Shown here: positions 19,548 through 29,927 of the stretch, one piece after another
Numbering within the stretch: the stretch's first letter is position 1
Layout of the letters: each line of letters opens with the position of its first letter
From: an uncultured Acetatifactor sp.
GTDB lineage: Bacteria; Bacillota; Clostridia; Lachnospirales; Lachnospiraceae
Direction of reading: 5' to 3'
Assembly: GCA_964604835.1 (NCBI GenBank)
Contig: CAZSAJ010000001.1
Span: 42,888 to 106,887, forward strand
DNA: 64,000 nucleotides
Notes under the pieces: model-generated
What the model was told of the DNA's origin: nothing
The model's database searches: none
Seen by the model: only the letters and a program-made list of their open reading frames with translations
Translations under genes and position numbers: made by a program

Positions 19548-19614
19548 TTGACAGTAGGGTAGGCCCTTTGTATAATTGAATCGAAACGTAATAAATTTGT
19601 AACAAAACCGTAAA
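19548..19614 (+). promoter_or_regulatory. Consensus sigma-A promoter with three downstream 11-bp-periodic YGTAA boxes
   Basis: TTGACA-17bp-TATAAT; CGTAAT-N5-TGTAAC-N5-CGTAAA at 19587-19614. Confidence 0.7.
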
Positions 19615-19617
19615 AAT

Positions 19618-20679
19618 ATGGAGAAGAATTTGATGACAAAAGAAAATAGAAAAATAAAGAGAGGAATGAGATTGGCGGCAGCAGGCCTGGCATGCTGTAT
19701 GCTGTTGGATCCGCTGCAGGTGTCTGCCGCGGAGACCAACGGGAAGCTGCTTGCGGCGGGTGTGGGCTCCGTGTTTGAGACAAGCTTGACCGCAGAGGAT
19801 TATCTGAGAATCGCCGAGGAGGCCAAAGGGGCGTCTTGGGGATATACGAATATCGGCATTGCGGATGTGGAGAGCGGCAATCTGAACGTGCGCGCGATTC
19901 CCTCCATGGACGGGAAACTTGTGGGCAAGATGCCCAAGGATGCCGCTTGTGAGGTGTTGGAGATGCTGGACGGCTGGGCACATATCCAGTCCGGTGAGGT
20001 GGAGGGATATGTGAGTACGGATTATCTGCTTACAGGACCCGATGCCAAATACAGGGCGGCGGAGCTTGTGAAAACCGTTGTAGTCGCACAGGTGGACGGA
20101 TTGAATGTGAGAGACGATGCGGACACGGACAGTGCCGTGATGACGCAGGTCTTAAAGGGAGAGGAACTGGATTTTGTGGAGGATCTGGGTGACTGGATTC
20201 AGGTTTCCCTCGACGGCGAAGATGCCTATGTGGCAGCGGAGTTCGTGGAAGTGGAGGAGAAGCTGGGAACCGCAATCACCATGACAGAGCTTCTCTACGG
20301 TCAGGGCGTGTCCGACGTCCGGGTGGATCTGGTGGAGTACGCGAAGCAGTTTCTGGGGAATCCCTATGTGTGGGGCGGTACCAGCCTGACCAAGGGCGCG
20401 GATTGTTCCGGTTTCGTGCTCAGCGTATACAAGAAATATGGTGTGAAACTCAGCCATTCTTCCAGAGCGCAGGCGAATGAAGGCACCAAGATCAGCGCAT
20501 CCGAGCTTCTGCCCGGCGATCTGGTGTTCTACGCTAACAGCGGCGGCACCATCAATCACGTGGCAATCTATATCGGCGGCGGACAGGTGATTCATGCCAG
20601 CAACCCGACGAGCGGTATTAAGATCAACAAATACAATTACCGTACCCCTAAGAAATGTGTGCGGGTGCTGTATGACTGA
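19618..20679 (+). CDS. SH3b-containing NlpC/P60 (C40) peptidoglycan endopeptidase
   Basis: Signal peptide, two LNVR SH3b domains, GNPYVWGG, DCSGF, HVAIY..IHA; true start may be 19633 or 19666. Confidence 0.92.
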   Translation: MEKNLMTKENRKIKRGMRLAAAGLACCMLLDPLQVSAAETNGKLLAAGVGSVFETSLTAEDYLRIAEEAKGASWGYTNIGIADVESGNLNVRAIPSMDGKLVGKMPKDAACEVLEMLDGWAHIQSGEVEGYVSTDYLLTGPDAKYRAAELVKTVVVAQVDGLNVRDDADTDSAVMTQVLKGEELDFVEDLGDWIQVSLDGEDAYVAAEFVEVEEKLGTAITMTELLYGQGVSDVRVDLVEYAKQFLGNPYVWGGTSLTKGADCSGFVLSVYKKYGVKLSHSSRAQANEGTKISASELLPGDLVFYANSGGTINHVAIYIGGGQVIHASNPTSGIKINKYNYRTPKKCVRVLYD

Positions 20680-20734
20680 AAAAATCACACGGAAGACTTT
20701 ACATTTTCAGGTTGATGTGATATATTAATCTAGT

Positions 20735-20815
20735 GTGATCAGCCGATACTCGGATGCGGGAGACTCCGACCCTGTCTTGGTATCCGGCGTTTATAGAGAG
20801 AAGGAGGAGGAAACA
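20735..20815 (+). promoter_or_regulatory. Putative S15 ribosomal leader
   Basis: Structured 5'UTR (GCCGATAC...GGTATCCGGC pairing) upstream of rpsO; S15 autoregulatory leaders are established. Confidence 0.5.
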
Positions 20816-21082
20816 ATGATTTCCAAAGAGAAGAAAACAGCAATCATGAACGAGTATGCGAGAACACCCGGCGACACCGGTTCACCTGAGGTTCAGGTGG
20901 CGGTTCTGACCGCGAGAATTCAGGAGCTCACAGAGCATCTGAAAGAGAATCCCAAAGATCATCATTCCCGCAGAGGTATGTTGAAAATGGTTGGTCAGAG
21001 ACGTGGTCTTCTGGACTATCTGAAGAAGAAAGACATCAACAGATACCGTGCTCTGATTGAGAAGCTTGGCTTAAGAAAATAA
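20816..21082 (+). CDS. rpsO: 30S ribosomal protein S15
   Basis: [23 protein letters not shown]; SD AGGAGG. Confidence 0.98.
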   Translation: MISKEKKTAIMNEYARTPGDTGSPEVQVAVLTARIQELTEHLKENPKDHHSRRGMLKMVGQRRGLLDYLKKKDINRYRALIEKLGLRK

Positions 21083-21088
21083 TGCAGA

Positions 21089-21132
21089 CGCAGGGGCGGA
21101 GTTGGTCCGAGAGGGCACTCCGCTTCCTTTTG
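21089..21132 (+). terminator. Hairpin/terminator after rpsO
   Basis: AGGGGCGGAGT...ACTCCGCTTCCT followed by TTT. Confidence 0.5.
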
Positions 21133-21307
21133 TGTCCGTCAGTGGGTAATTCCGGGACAGAGACATTATCCGAGATTGCTGAAAAGCGTATGTGAAAGAG
21201 GACATGCTCTTTTCAGTGGTTTCGGGATTCTCTGTTCCGTCGAAATACAAATCAACATATAAAACGCAAGGACGAAAAAGCCTTGACAAGGCAGAATGGA
21301 GGAAACT

Positions 21308-23398
21308 ATGTATCAGAGTTATGAGATGGATCTTGGCGGCCGTAGACTCGTGGTCGATGTGAACCGCGTGGGTAAGCAGGCAAACGGCTGTGCGTTTATG
21401 CACTATGGTGACACCACCGTTCTCTGCACCGCGACGGCATCCGAGAAACCCAGAGAAGGTATCGACTTTTTCCCGCTCAGTGTGGAGTATGAGGAGAAGA
21501 TGTACGCTGCCGGGAAGATTCCCGGAGGCTTTAACAAACGTGAGGGAAAGGCCAGCGAGAATGCCGTTCTCACCAGCCGTGTGATCGACAGACCCATGCG
21601 CCCGCTGTTCCCCAAGGATTACAGAAACGATGTCACGCTGAACAATCTGGTGATGAGTGTGGACCCGGAGTGCCGGCCTGAGATCGTGGCCATGATCGGC
21701 GCCGCTATCGCCACCTGTATTTCCGACATTCCCTTTGACGGCCCCTGCGCCATGACGCAGATGGGGCTTGTGGACGGAGAATTGATCGTGAACCCCTCCC
21801 AGAAGCAGTGGAAAGAGGGAGATCTGAACCTGACCGTCGCATCCACCAGAGAGAAGGTCATCATGATCGAGGCAGGCGCCAACGAGATTCCCGAGGCGAA
21901 GATGATCGAGGCGATCTACAAGGCGCATGAGATCAATCAGACGATCATCGCATTTATCGATAAGATTGTGGCCGAGGTGGGGAAACCCAAGCACGCCTAT
22001 ACAAGTTGTGCGATCCCCGAGGAGATGTTCGAGGCGATCAGAAATATCGTGTCGCCCGCCGAGATGGAGGAGGCCGTATTTACCGATGAGAAGCAGGTGA
22101 GAGAGGAGAATATCCGTCAGATCACCGCCAAGCTGGAGGAGGCTTTCGCGGACAATGAGGAATGGCTTGCCATTTTGGGTGAAGCGGTATACCAGTATCA
22201 GAAGAAGACCGTGCGCAAGATGATCTTAAAGGATCACAAGCGTCCCGACGGCCGTGAGATCATGCAGATTCGTCCGCTGGCCGCAGAGGTGGATATCATT
22301 CCCAGAGTACACGGTTCCGCCATGTTTACCCGCGGACAGACCCAGATCTGTAATGTATGTACTTTGGCGCCCCTCTCCGAGGCACAGAGAATCGACGGAC
22401 TTGACGAGAACGAAGTGAACAAGCGCTACATGCATCACTATAATTTCCCTTCCTACTCCGTGGGTGAGACCAAGCCTTCCCGCGGTCCCGGAAGACGTGA
22501 GATCGGTCATGGCGCGCTGGCTGAGAGAGCATTGATTCCCGTGCTTCCCTCCGAGGAGGAGTTCCCCTATGCGATCCGTACCGTGTCCGAGACTTTCGAG
22601 TCCAACGGTTCCACCTCCATGGCATCCACCTGTGCCTCCTGTATGTCTCTGATGGCGGCAGGTGTGCCCATCAAGAAGATGGTGGCAGGAATCTCCTGCG
22701 GTCTGGTGACCGGAGATACTGATGACGATTTCGTATTGCTCACCGATATTCAGGGGCTGGAGGATTTCTTCGGCGATATGGACTTTAAGGTGACGGGCAC
22801 CACTGAGGGTATCACCGCCATCCAGATGGATATCAAGATTCACGGTCTCACCAGACCTATCGTGGAGGGCGCCATTGCCCGCTGCCGTGAGGCGAGACTC
22901 TTTATTATGGATACTTGCATGAAGCCCGCTATTGCGGCTCCCAGACCCGAGGTCGGCCCTTATGCGCCCAAGATTATTTCCATTCAGATCGATCCCGAGA
23001 AGATCGGCGACGTGGTGGGTCAGCGCGGCAAGACCATCAATGAGATCATCGCCCGCACCGGCGTGAAGATTGACATCACCGACGACGGCATGGTTTCGAT
23101 CTGCGGCACCGACAAGGAGATGATGGAGAAGGCCGTGGAGATGGTGCAGATGATTGTCACCGATTTCGAGGAAGGACAGATCTTCAAGGGCAAGGTGGTC
23201 AGCATCAAAGAGTTCGGCGCATTCATCGAGTTCGCACCCGGCAAGGAGGGGATGGTACATATCTCCAAGATTGCAAAACAGCGGATCAACCGCGTGGAGG
23301 ATGTGCTGACTTTGGGCGACGAGGTCACCGTTGTATGTCTCGGCAAGGACAAAATGGGCAGAATCAGCTTCTCTATGAAGGACGTGGCTCAGCAGTAA
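21308..23398 (+). CDS. pnp: Polyribonucleotide nucleotidyltransferase
   Basis: DFFPLSV, RREIGHGALAERA, SNGSTSMAS, GDMDFKV, KH and S1 domains. Confidence 0.98.
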   Translation: MYQSYEMDLGGRRLVVDVNRVGKQANGCAFMHYGDTTVLCTATASEKPREGIDFFPLSVEYEEKMYAAGKIPGGFNKREGKASENAVLTSRVIDRPMRPLFPKDYRNDVTLNNLVMSVDPECRPEIVAMIGAAIATCISDIPFDGPCAMTQMGLVDGELIVNPSQKQWKEGDLNLTVASTREKVIMIEAGANEIPEAKMIEAIYKAHEINQTIIAFIDKIVAEVGKPKHAYTSCAIPEEMFEAIRNIVSPAEMEEAVFTDEKQVREENIRQITAKLEEAFADNEEWLAILGEAVYQYQKKTVRKMILKDHKRPDGREIMQIRPLAAEVDIIPRVHGSAMFTRGQTQICNVCTLAPLSEAQRIDGLDENEVNKRYMHHYNFPSYSVGETKPSRGPGRREIGHGALAERALIPVLPSEEEFPYAIRTVSETFESNGSTSMASTCASCMSLMAAGVPIKKMVAGISCGLVTGDTDDDFVLLTDIQGLEDFFGDMDFKVTGTTEGITAIQMDIKIHGLTRPIVEGAIARCREARLFIMDTCMKPAIAAPRPEVGPYAPKIISIQIDPEKIGDVVGQRGKTINEIIARTGVKIDITDDGMVSICGTDKEMMEKAVEMVQMIVTDFEEGQIFKGKVVSIKEFGAFIEFAPGKEGMVHISKIAKQRINRVEDVLTLGDEVTVVCLGKDKMGRISFSMKDVAQQ

Positions 23399-23421
23399 AT
23401 ACAGTAGCTAGGAAGAACTTT

Positions 23422-23474
23422 AAAAACGCCGGTACTTGGGCTGTGTATTTTACAGCTCTGGTATCGGCGTTTTT
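23422..23474 (+). terminator. Intrinsic terminator after pnp
   Basis: AAAAACGCCGGTAC...GTATCGGCGTTTTT. Confidence 0.75.
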
Positions 23475-23597
23475 CGTGTAGATTCGGATATTTTCTGTTG
23501 ACGTGTCACGGCGGGATTTTGTATAATAGAAATAGTGATAAGGCGGAAAGCCTGTGCAACCAGTTTGGCTGGAATCGGACAAAGAAAGGCGGATATT

Positions 23598-24683
23598 ATG
23601 GAGCACAGAAATCCTTTGTTGGCAGAGAATGCGGACGTGAAATTTTTGGCGGTGGGCGAGATCATGCTGCGCCTGACACCACCTAATTACGAGAAGATCC
23701 GAATGACCAATACTTTTGAGGCAAGCTATGGGGGAAGCGAGGCAAATATTGCTCTGGCGCTGGCCAATCTGGGGGTGGACAGCACTTTCTTTTCCGTGGT
23801 GCCTAACAACAGTCTGGGCAAGAGCGCGATCCGTATGCTGCGCAGCAACGACGTGCATTGTACGCCCGTGATCCTGAGCACTCCCGAGGAGACGCCCACC
23901 CATCGTCTGGGAACCTATTATCTGGAGACCGGATACGGCATCCGTGCCAGCAAGGTTACATATGACAGGAAGAACAGCGCTTTCTCCGAGTATGATTTCT
24001 CCAAGGTGAATCTGGATGCTCTGCTGGAGGAGTTTGACTGGATTCATTTGAGCGGCATCACACCTGCGCTGAGCAAAAGCTGCGCACAGTTGATTCTGGA
24101 CTGTCTGGCGAAGGCCAAGGAGAAGGGGCTCACGGTGAGCTTTGACGGAAATTTCCGCAGTTCTCTCTGGACTTGGGAGGAGGCCAGAGACTTCTGTACC
24201 AGATGTCTGCCCTATGTGGATGTGCTGATGGGAATCGAGCCGTATCACTTGTGGCGGGATGAGAATGACCACAGCAAGGGAGACTGGAAGGACAATGTGC
24301 CTCTGCAGCCTACCTATGAGCAGCAGGATGAGATCTTCAAGGCGTTTGTGGACCGTTACCCCAATTTGAAATGCATCGCGAGACATGTGCGTTACGCCCA
24401 CAGTGGCAGCGAGAACAGTCTGAAGGCATATATGTGGTATGACGGGCATACGTTCGAGAGTAAGCTGTTTACCTTTAATATTCTGGACCGCGTGGGCGGC
24501 GGCGATGCGTTTGCTTCCGGCTTGATCTACGCGATCATGCATCATTACAAAGCCATGGATATGATCAATTTCGCGGTGGCGAGCAGCGCCATCAAGCACA
24601 CGATCCACGGCGATGCGAACATTACGGACGACGATAAGGCGATCCGCAATCTGATGAATATGAACTATGATATCAAACGCTGA
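23598..24683 (+). CDS. PfkB family sugar kinase (KdgK-like)
   Basis: GEIMLRL, YGGSEAN, HLSGITPALS, DRVGGGDAF; promoter TTGACG-18-TATAAT at 23498-23527. Confidence 0.88.
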   Translation: MEHRNPLLAENADVKFLAVGEIMLRLTPPNYEKIRMTNTFEASYGGSEANIALALANLGVDSTFFSVVPNNSLGKSAIRMLRSNDVHCTPVILSTPEETPTHRLGTYYLETGYGIRASKVTYDRKNSAFSEYDFSKVNLDALLEEFDWIHLSGITPALSKSCAQLILDCLAKAKEKGLTVSFDGNFRSSLWTWEEARDFCTRCLPYVDVLMGIEPYHLWRDENDHSKGDWKDNVPLQPTYEQQDEIFKAFVDRYPNLKCIARHVRYAHSGSENSLKAYMWYDGHTFESKLFTFNILDRVGGGDAFASGLIYAIMHHYKAMDMINFAVASSAIKHTIHGDANITDDDKAIRNLMNMNYDIKR

Positions 24684-24704
24684 GAGACAGGTATTGTATT
24701 GAGC

Positions 24705-25157
24705 ATGAAGAGATATAGGGTATTGACGCTCATCCCTCTGGCGGTCTGCATTTTGTTTATCTGGGGCAATTCGATGCAGGATGCGGATCGCTCGGGAGAG
24801 CGCAGCGTTAAAGTCACGGAGCTGGTAAATGAATTCCTGCAGCCGAAGAACCCTGTTCTGGAACAGGTCATCCGGAAGGAGGCACACCTTGCGGAGTTCG
24901 CGCTGGAGGGGATGTGTGTGGCGCTGGTGTTCTGGGCATATGGCAGACTGAGGCGGTCCGATATCGGCAACGGGATTTTGATAGGGGTGTTTACCGCGCT
25001 GGCAGATGAGTCGATTCAGGCAGGCTCTCCGGGGCGGTTTTCTTCGGTGGGGGACGTATGGATTGATCTGGCGGGATTTATCGCGGGTGCCGGTGTTTTG
25101 GCCGCGGTGATCTGCGTCGTGGGGAGATTGAGAAGGAAAGCTGGTAAAAACATATGA
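24705..25157 (+). CDS. VanZ family membrane protein
   Basis: FIWGNSMQDA..S, IRKEAHLAEF, ADESIQ..PGR..DVWID. Confidence 0.85.
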   Translation: MKRYRVLTLIPLAVCILFIWGNSMQDADRSGERSVKVTELVNEFLQPKNPVLEQVIRKEAHLAEFALEGMCVALVFWAYGRLRRSDIGNGILIGVFTALADESIQAGSPGRFSSVGDVWIDLAGFIAGAGVLAAVICVVGRLRRKAGKNI

Positions 25158-27883
25158 AAAGAACTGTGAAAAAATGGCTCTCAGGTGTTTTGGCCGCGGT
25201 GCTTCTGGCGGGATCCGTGCCGGAGATACAGGCGGCAGCCGGGGAAATCGACATGCCGGAGGTAATAAGTGCGGAGGATGCCGGGTCGGGTGACGGTGCG
25301 GATCGTGGGGTTGTGGACCCGGAGAAGCCGACGTCCACGATCGTTTTCAGTGATTCCGGAAAGACTAAGTCTGTCGGAGAGGCGGGACTTCGCCTGAAAA
25401 GTCTGACCAGCAGCGCACAGGGCTACAGTGAGATCGTCCTGAATTTCACAGCGGTGCCGAATGCAAGCGACGGCACGGAAGACGAGGCCGTGTATTATGA
25501 GGTCAGAGTGATGCCCATGCCGGAGGAGGGGGAAACGCTTCCCGCAGGTTCCGGCACCGGGCCGAGATACTTTTATATTCCGAAAGCGGAGAACCGCAAT
25601 ACCCAGAGCAAGGCGCTTCGGGTGAACGACGGAGATCTGTCCACATTCACCGCCTGCCACTATGAGTTTGCGGTCCGCATGGTACAGATTGACAGGAGTC
25701 TGGAGGTTCCCGACGAGGACACATCCGTGGAGGAACCCTTGGAGGCCGCGCTTTCGGGTAATACGGTGATTAAGACCTTCGCTACGAAGAATCTGTATTA
25801 TGAGGATAAGCTGGGATTTACCAAGAAGAAGACAACGATCTACAGCGGACAGGAGAATGTGTTCGCAGGGCTTGTCAAATACAGCAAAAAAGCCAGCTAT
25901 ATCCATGATCTGACGGCTGTTGCCTATGACAGCAGAGGCGGAGTCTGTACCGGTTTGACCTGTACTTTTCAAAATGATAATGACGAGCTCTACATTTCCG
26001 CCGAGGAAGATGTGGCGCCCGGCAAGTATACTGTGGTGGTCTACGCCGGGATCGGAGAGGAGGCCACAGCGGGATCGCCTCAGGGCGGCACCATGTATCA
26101 GGCGAATACTTCCTTTACGCTGACCGTCTATGCCGGTATCCGGCATATCGACACCTCCAATATCACCGAGCAGGCGGCGGTCAACAGCAAAAATATCACT
26201 TTCAGCGCCGTTCCCACCGGATACGGTTATTACGACGGCCAGAAAGCCAAGACACAGAAGTTTACTTATGAGGTGTACTCGGCGGTGCCCGACCGCTCCG
26301 AAGAAGGATATGCGGTGGTGGAGCCCACGGATAATGTCCGGAAGAATATCACCGTCAATAAGAGCGGCAAGGTCACCGTCAAAAAGGGATATTATGTGGA
26401 TCCCAATACCGACAACAACCACATTGCCATCGTGATCACTGCGGCGGATTTTGCGGGAAACGAGACCACGGCCACAGCCTATGTGGAGATTGTGTCCACC
26501 ACGCTGATCCCCACCAAGATGCGTTTGGTGAAAGACGGCAAGACGATCAGTCAGGTGGATGCGAAAGGCAAGACCTACGGGACGAAGATCACCGCGGATC
26601 AGGCGGAAGGCGCGCGGGTGGTGGTGTTTGACCAAAATGACAATATCATCAATCAGTATGTCACTGTCACACCTGTGGACAATGCCAAAAACACATCCAA
26701 TATCTATGTCACCCAGTCCGCAAGTGACGGGATGCACTATCTGCATGTGAGAAAGTGTGCCACCGTCACCTTAAAAGCCGTCACAAAAGACGGCGGGAAG
26801 AAATCAAAGACGCTGAAACTGAAGATCTCGCTTCCCGAGGTCACGAATATCACGTATCAGCTCTCCGAGATCACCAGCGACGGATTTGAGATAGACGGGA
26901 ACGGTCAGAGTCAGGTGAAAAACGGAGAAGCGCAGCTCACCTACAATGTCCCCAGAGGCTCCGTGCTAAAGTTGAAAATGGGATTTAAGACAGCCGGGGG
27001 AGAGCGCTATTATAACGAGTGGTTTGATCTGGACTACACGGCAAAGGGCGGAAAGGTTAAGGCAGACGGAGAATACTGTCTGGTCACGCCTACCGCCAAG
27101 ACCATGGAGCTGACGATCAAGATCAAGTCGGACTCTTCGGTGTCGGGTACCTTGAAGCTGATCAATACCGGATGGGAGGATCAGGTCTATGAGGCGGCTC
27201 CTTCGTTGAAACTGAAAGACGGTAAGCTCTACAGCAACAAATACACGCATCCGGCGGATGTGGAGGATGGAGAAGACGGACCGGAAGTTCCGCTGCAGCA
27301 GTTGACTTATCAGTACAGTTACGGCAGTTTCGATGAGATACAGCTCGCGAAAATCTCCAAGTCGGGGCCGGAATTGTTTATCAGCGATTTTGATCCGGCG
27401 AACAGAACTTTCAAACTCAACGCGGAGGCGGGAAACGATCTCAAGGCGGGAAGTTATCAATACAAGATAGCGTTTTACAGGGGCGGTGCACTGATGTGTA
27501 AGCCGGCTTCTGTCACCGTGAAGGTGAACAAGGCGTCTCCGGTGAAGATTACAGCCACCTATACGCTGGATCTCTCAAAAGGAGATTTCGTGGAGCTCAA
27601 ATGCACGCCCAGAGAGTTTCTGCCGGATTTTGACACCCGGCTGCTCAACGCCAATGTGAACGGGAAGTCCAATGATTTTAACACTTATTTTGAACTGTGT
27701 TATCTCGAGGACGAGAACACCGGGGAGACAAAAGTGGTGCTGCGGTTGAAGGATTCCGTAACCGAGGAAGAGCGGAAGGAGCTCCGGAAAAAGAGTTTCA
27801 CGGGATATGTGAAATACAGTTATTATTTTGGACACAGTTTTGTGGAAAATACTACGTCCAAAGTGACGGTCAAGATCAAATAG
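25154..27883 (+). CDS. Large secreted beta-rich (Ig-like) hypothetical surface protein
   Basis: Signal peptide MKRTVKKWLSGVLAAVLLAGS; T/V/K-rich beta-strand pattern; basic C-terminal half; no LPXTG. Confidence 0.75.
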   Translation: MKRTVKKWLSGVLAAVLLAGSVPEIQAAAGEIDMPEVISAEDAGSGDGADRGVVDPEKPTSTIVFSDSGKTKSVGEAGLRLKSLTSSAQGYSEIVLNFTAVPNASDGTEDEAVYYEVRVMPMPEEGETLPAGSGTGPRYFYIPKAENRNTQSKALRVNDGDLSTFTACHYEFAVRMVQIDRSLEVPDEDTSVEEPLEAALSGNTVIKTFATKNLYYEDKLGFTKKKTTIYSGQENVFAGLVKYSKKASYIHDLTAVAYDSRGGVCTGLTCTFQNDNDELYISAEEDVAPGKYTVVVYAGIGEEATAGSPQGGTMYQANTSFTLTVYAGIRHIDTSNITEQAAVNSKNITFSAVPTGYGYYDGQKAKTQKFTYEVYSAVPDRSEEGYAVVEPTDNVRKNITVNKSGKVTVKKGYYVDPNTDNNHIAIVITAADFAGNETTATAYVEIVSTTLIPTKMRLVKDGKTISQVDAKGKTYGTKITADQAEGARVVVFDQNDNIINQYVTVTPVDNAKNTSNIYVTQSASDGMHYLHVRKCATVTLKAVTKDGGKKSKTLKLKISLPEVTNITYQLSEITSDGFEIDGNGQSQVKNGEAQLTYNVPRGSVLKLKMGFKTAGGERYYNEWFDLDYTAKGGKVKADGEYCLVTPTAKTMELTIKIKSDSSVSGTLKLINTGWEDQVYEAAPSLKLKDGKLYSNKYTHPADVEDGEDGPEVPLQQLTYQYSYGSFDEIQLAKISKSGPELFISDFDPANRTFKLNAEAGNDLKAGSYQYKIAFYRGGALMCKPASVTVKVNKASPVKITATYTLDLSKGDFVELKCTPREFLPDFDTRLLNANVNGKSNDFNTYFELCYLEDENTGETKVVLRLKDSVTEEERKELRKKSFTGYVKYSYYFGHSFVENTTSKVTVKIK

Positions 27884-27947
27884 GCGCGGGCATACTCGGC
27901 GGTTCGATGCATATAATATACCAAGTTATTCCGTTGTGGAGTCTGCT

Positions 27948-28667
27948 ATGAAGAAAACGATGACAGCAATCCTGATCTTCGATTTGGTGATAGGATTGCT
28001 GTTTTTGTGCATCTATAAGGGCGGGCTGCATGAGATGAGGAATACGGCGGGGAAAGTGTGGGGGAATGTGCAGGACGGACTTTCCGGGAACGGATTGTCG
28101 GAAGATACGGAGGAGAAGAAAATCGCGCTCACATTTGACGACGGTCCCCATCCCTACTACACGGAGCAGCTTCTGGACGGCCTGAAGCAGCGCGGGGTGG
28201 TGGCAACTTTCTTTGTCACCGGAGAGCACGCAAAGCTTCATCCGGATGTCATCAAGAGGATGCAGGAGGAAGGGCATCTCATCGGGAACCACACCTACAG
28301 CCATATTCAGTTGACCAAGAATAACCGGGAAAAATATAAGGAAGAGCTGATCGCCACCAATGAAGTGCTGAAGGAGATCACCGGGGAGGAGACAGTGTAT
28401 GTGCGCCCGCCCTATGGATCTTGGGACAAATCCTTCGAGAAGGAGCTGAATATGTTCCCGGTGCTGTGGAACGTGGATCCTCTGGACTGGAGCTCCGGGA
28501 ACGTGTCACGTATTGTGGAGAAGATCGTGAGCAAGGTGGGGGAGAATGATATTATTTTGATGCACGACTATTATGACACCTCCGTGACGGCGGCCTTGCA
28601 GGCGGTGGATGAACTGTTGGAGGAGGGGTATACCTTTGTGACGGTGGAGGAGATTTTGTTTGATTGA
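27948..28667 (+). CDS. Polysaccharide deacetylase (CE4/NodB)
   Basis: ALTFDDGP, GNHTYSH, RPPYG, DPLDW, ILMHD. Confidence 0.95.
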   Translation: MKKTMTAILIFDLVIGLLFLCIYKGGLHEMRNTAGKVWGNVQDGLSGNGLSEDTEEKKIALTFDDGPHPYYTEQLLDGLKQRGVVATFFVTGEHAKLHPDVIKRMQEEGHLIGNHTYSHIQLTKNNREKYKEELIATNEVLKEITGEETVYVRPPYGSWDKSFEKELNMFPVLWNVDPLDWSSGNVSRIVEKIVSKVGENDIILMHDYYDTSVTAALQAVDELLEEGYTFVTVEEILFD

Positions 28668-28766
28668 CATGGGTTGAGGTGCGAGGGGTGAGGGGGACAT
28701 CATTCTTGATAAGCGATAGCTGCTATGGTACAATAAGTCCATATTCAAGGCAGAGAAAGGCTTAAG

Positions 28767-29927
28767 ATGATGAAAAGAATCCTTGCATTTTTCAAACAAG
28801 AGACCGTATTGTGTGTTTCGCTCATACTGGCGGCGGGGTCCATGTTGATTGTGCCGCCGGATAGGAATTATTGGGGATACATAGACTTCAGAACCCTTGC
28901 GATTCTGTTCTGCCTGATGAGCGTTATGGCGGGATTCCAAAAAGCCGGGGTGTTTGGCCGGATCGCAGAAAAGCTTTTGGGACATGTGAGAAGCGGGTGC
29001 GGTCTGATCCTTACTTTGGTTCTGCTGTGCTTTTTTGCCGGTATGTTCATTACGAATGATGTGGCACTCATCACCTTTGTCCCGTTTACCTTTATCATTC
29101 TGAGCATGCTCGGGGAGGAACAGAAGGACAAGCTGGCGCTGCCGATTGTGGTGATGCAGACGATTGCGGCGAATCTTGGCAGTATGCTGACACCGGTGGG
29201 TAATCCACAGAACTTATATCTATACGGGAAGGCGGGACTCTCTATAGGGGAGTTTCTTTTGCTGATGCTGCCTTATACACTTTTGTCACTGGTGATGCTG
29301 GTGATCTGGAGTCTGATACAGGGCAGGGCGTGTCCGCAGACTTCCGTGGCAGGCGGAGGGGCTATGCAGGACGATCTGCCCCATGATTTGTCGCAGGAAA
29401 AAGGAGCCGCTTATCGAATTGCAGTTTATCTTGTGCTGTTTTTGCTGTGCCTGCTCACAGTCGCACATGTCCTGCCATGGCAGGCAGTCTTTTTTGTGGT
29501 GATCCTCATGATCTTTGTAACGGACAGACAGGTATTTGCGGAAGTGGATTATTCCCTGCTCCTTACATTTGCGGGATTTTTCGTTTTTGTGGGGAATGTA
29601 GGGAGGATTCCTGCTTTTCGGGATTTCCTGCAGGATATGATTGCCGGCAGGGAGATTTATATGGCTGTCATTGTGAGCCAGATCATCAGCAACGTACCGG
29701 CAGCGCTGCTTTTATCCGGTTTTACGGAAGATTTTGCAGGGCTTATCGTGGGTACGAATCTGGGAGGGCTGGGGACGCTGATCGCGTCCATGGCGAGTCT
29801 CATCTCTTACAAGTATGTGGCAAAAGAGACGAAAGGCTGTAAAGGAAAATATATTTTGCTTTTTACGGTGGGGAATATTTTCTTTTTGGCGGCTCTTATT
29901 TTACTGAATGTTGTGATGGGAAAATAG
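28767..29927 (+). CDS. SLC13/ArsB/citrate transporter family permease
   Basis: ITNDVALITFVP, AANLGSMLTPVGNPQN, SNVPAA, GTLIASMASL. Confidence 0.9.
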   Translation: MMKRILAFFKQETVLCVSLILAAGSMLIVPPDRNYWGYIDFRTLAILFCLMSVMAGFQKAGVFGRIAEKLLGHVRSGCGLILTLVLLCFFAGMFITNDVALITFVPFTFIILSMLGEEQKDKLALPIVVMQTIAANLGSMLTPVGNPQNLYLYGKAGLSIGEFLLLMLPYTLLSLVMLVIWSLIQGRACPQTSVAGGGAMQDDLPHDLSQEKGAAYRIAVYLVLFLLCLLTVAHVLPWQAVFFVVILMIFVTDRQVFAEVDYSLLLTFAGFFVFVGNVGRIPAFRDFLQDMIAGREIYMAVIVSQIISNVPAALLLSGFTEDFAGLIVGTNLGGLGTLIASMASLISYKYVAKETKGCKGKYILLFTVGNIFFLAALILLNVVMGK

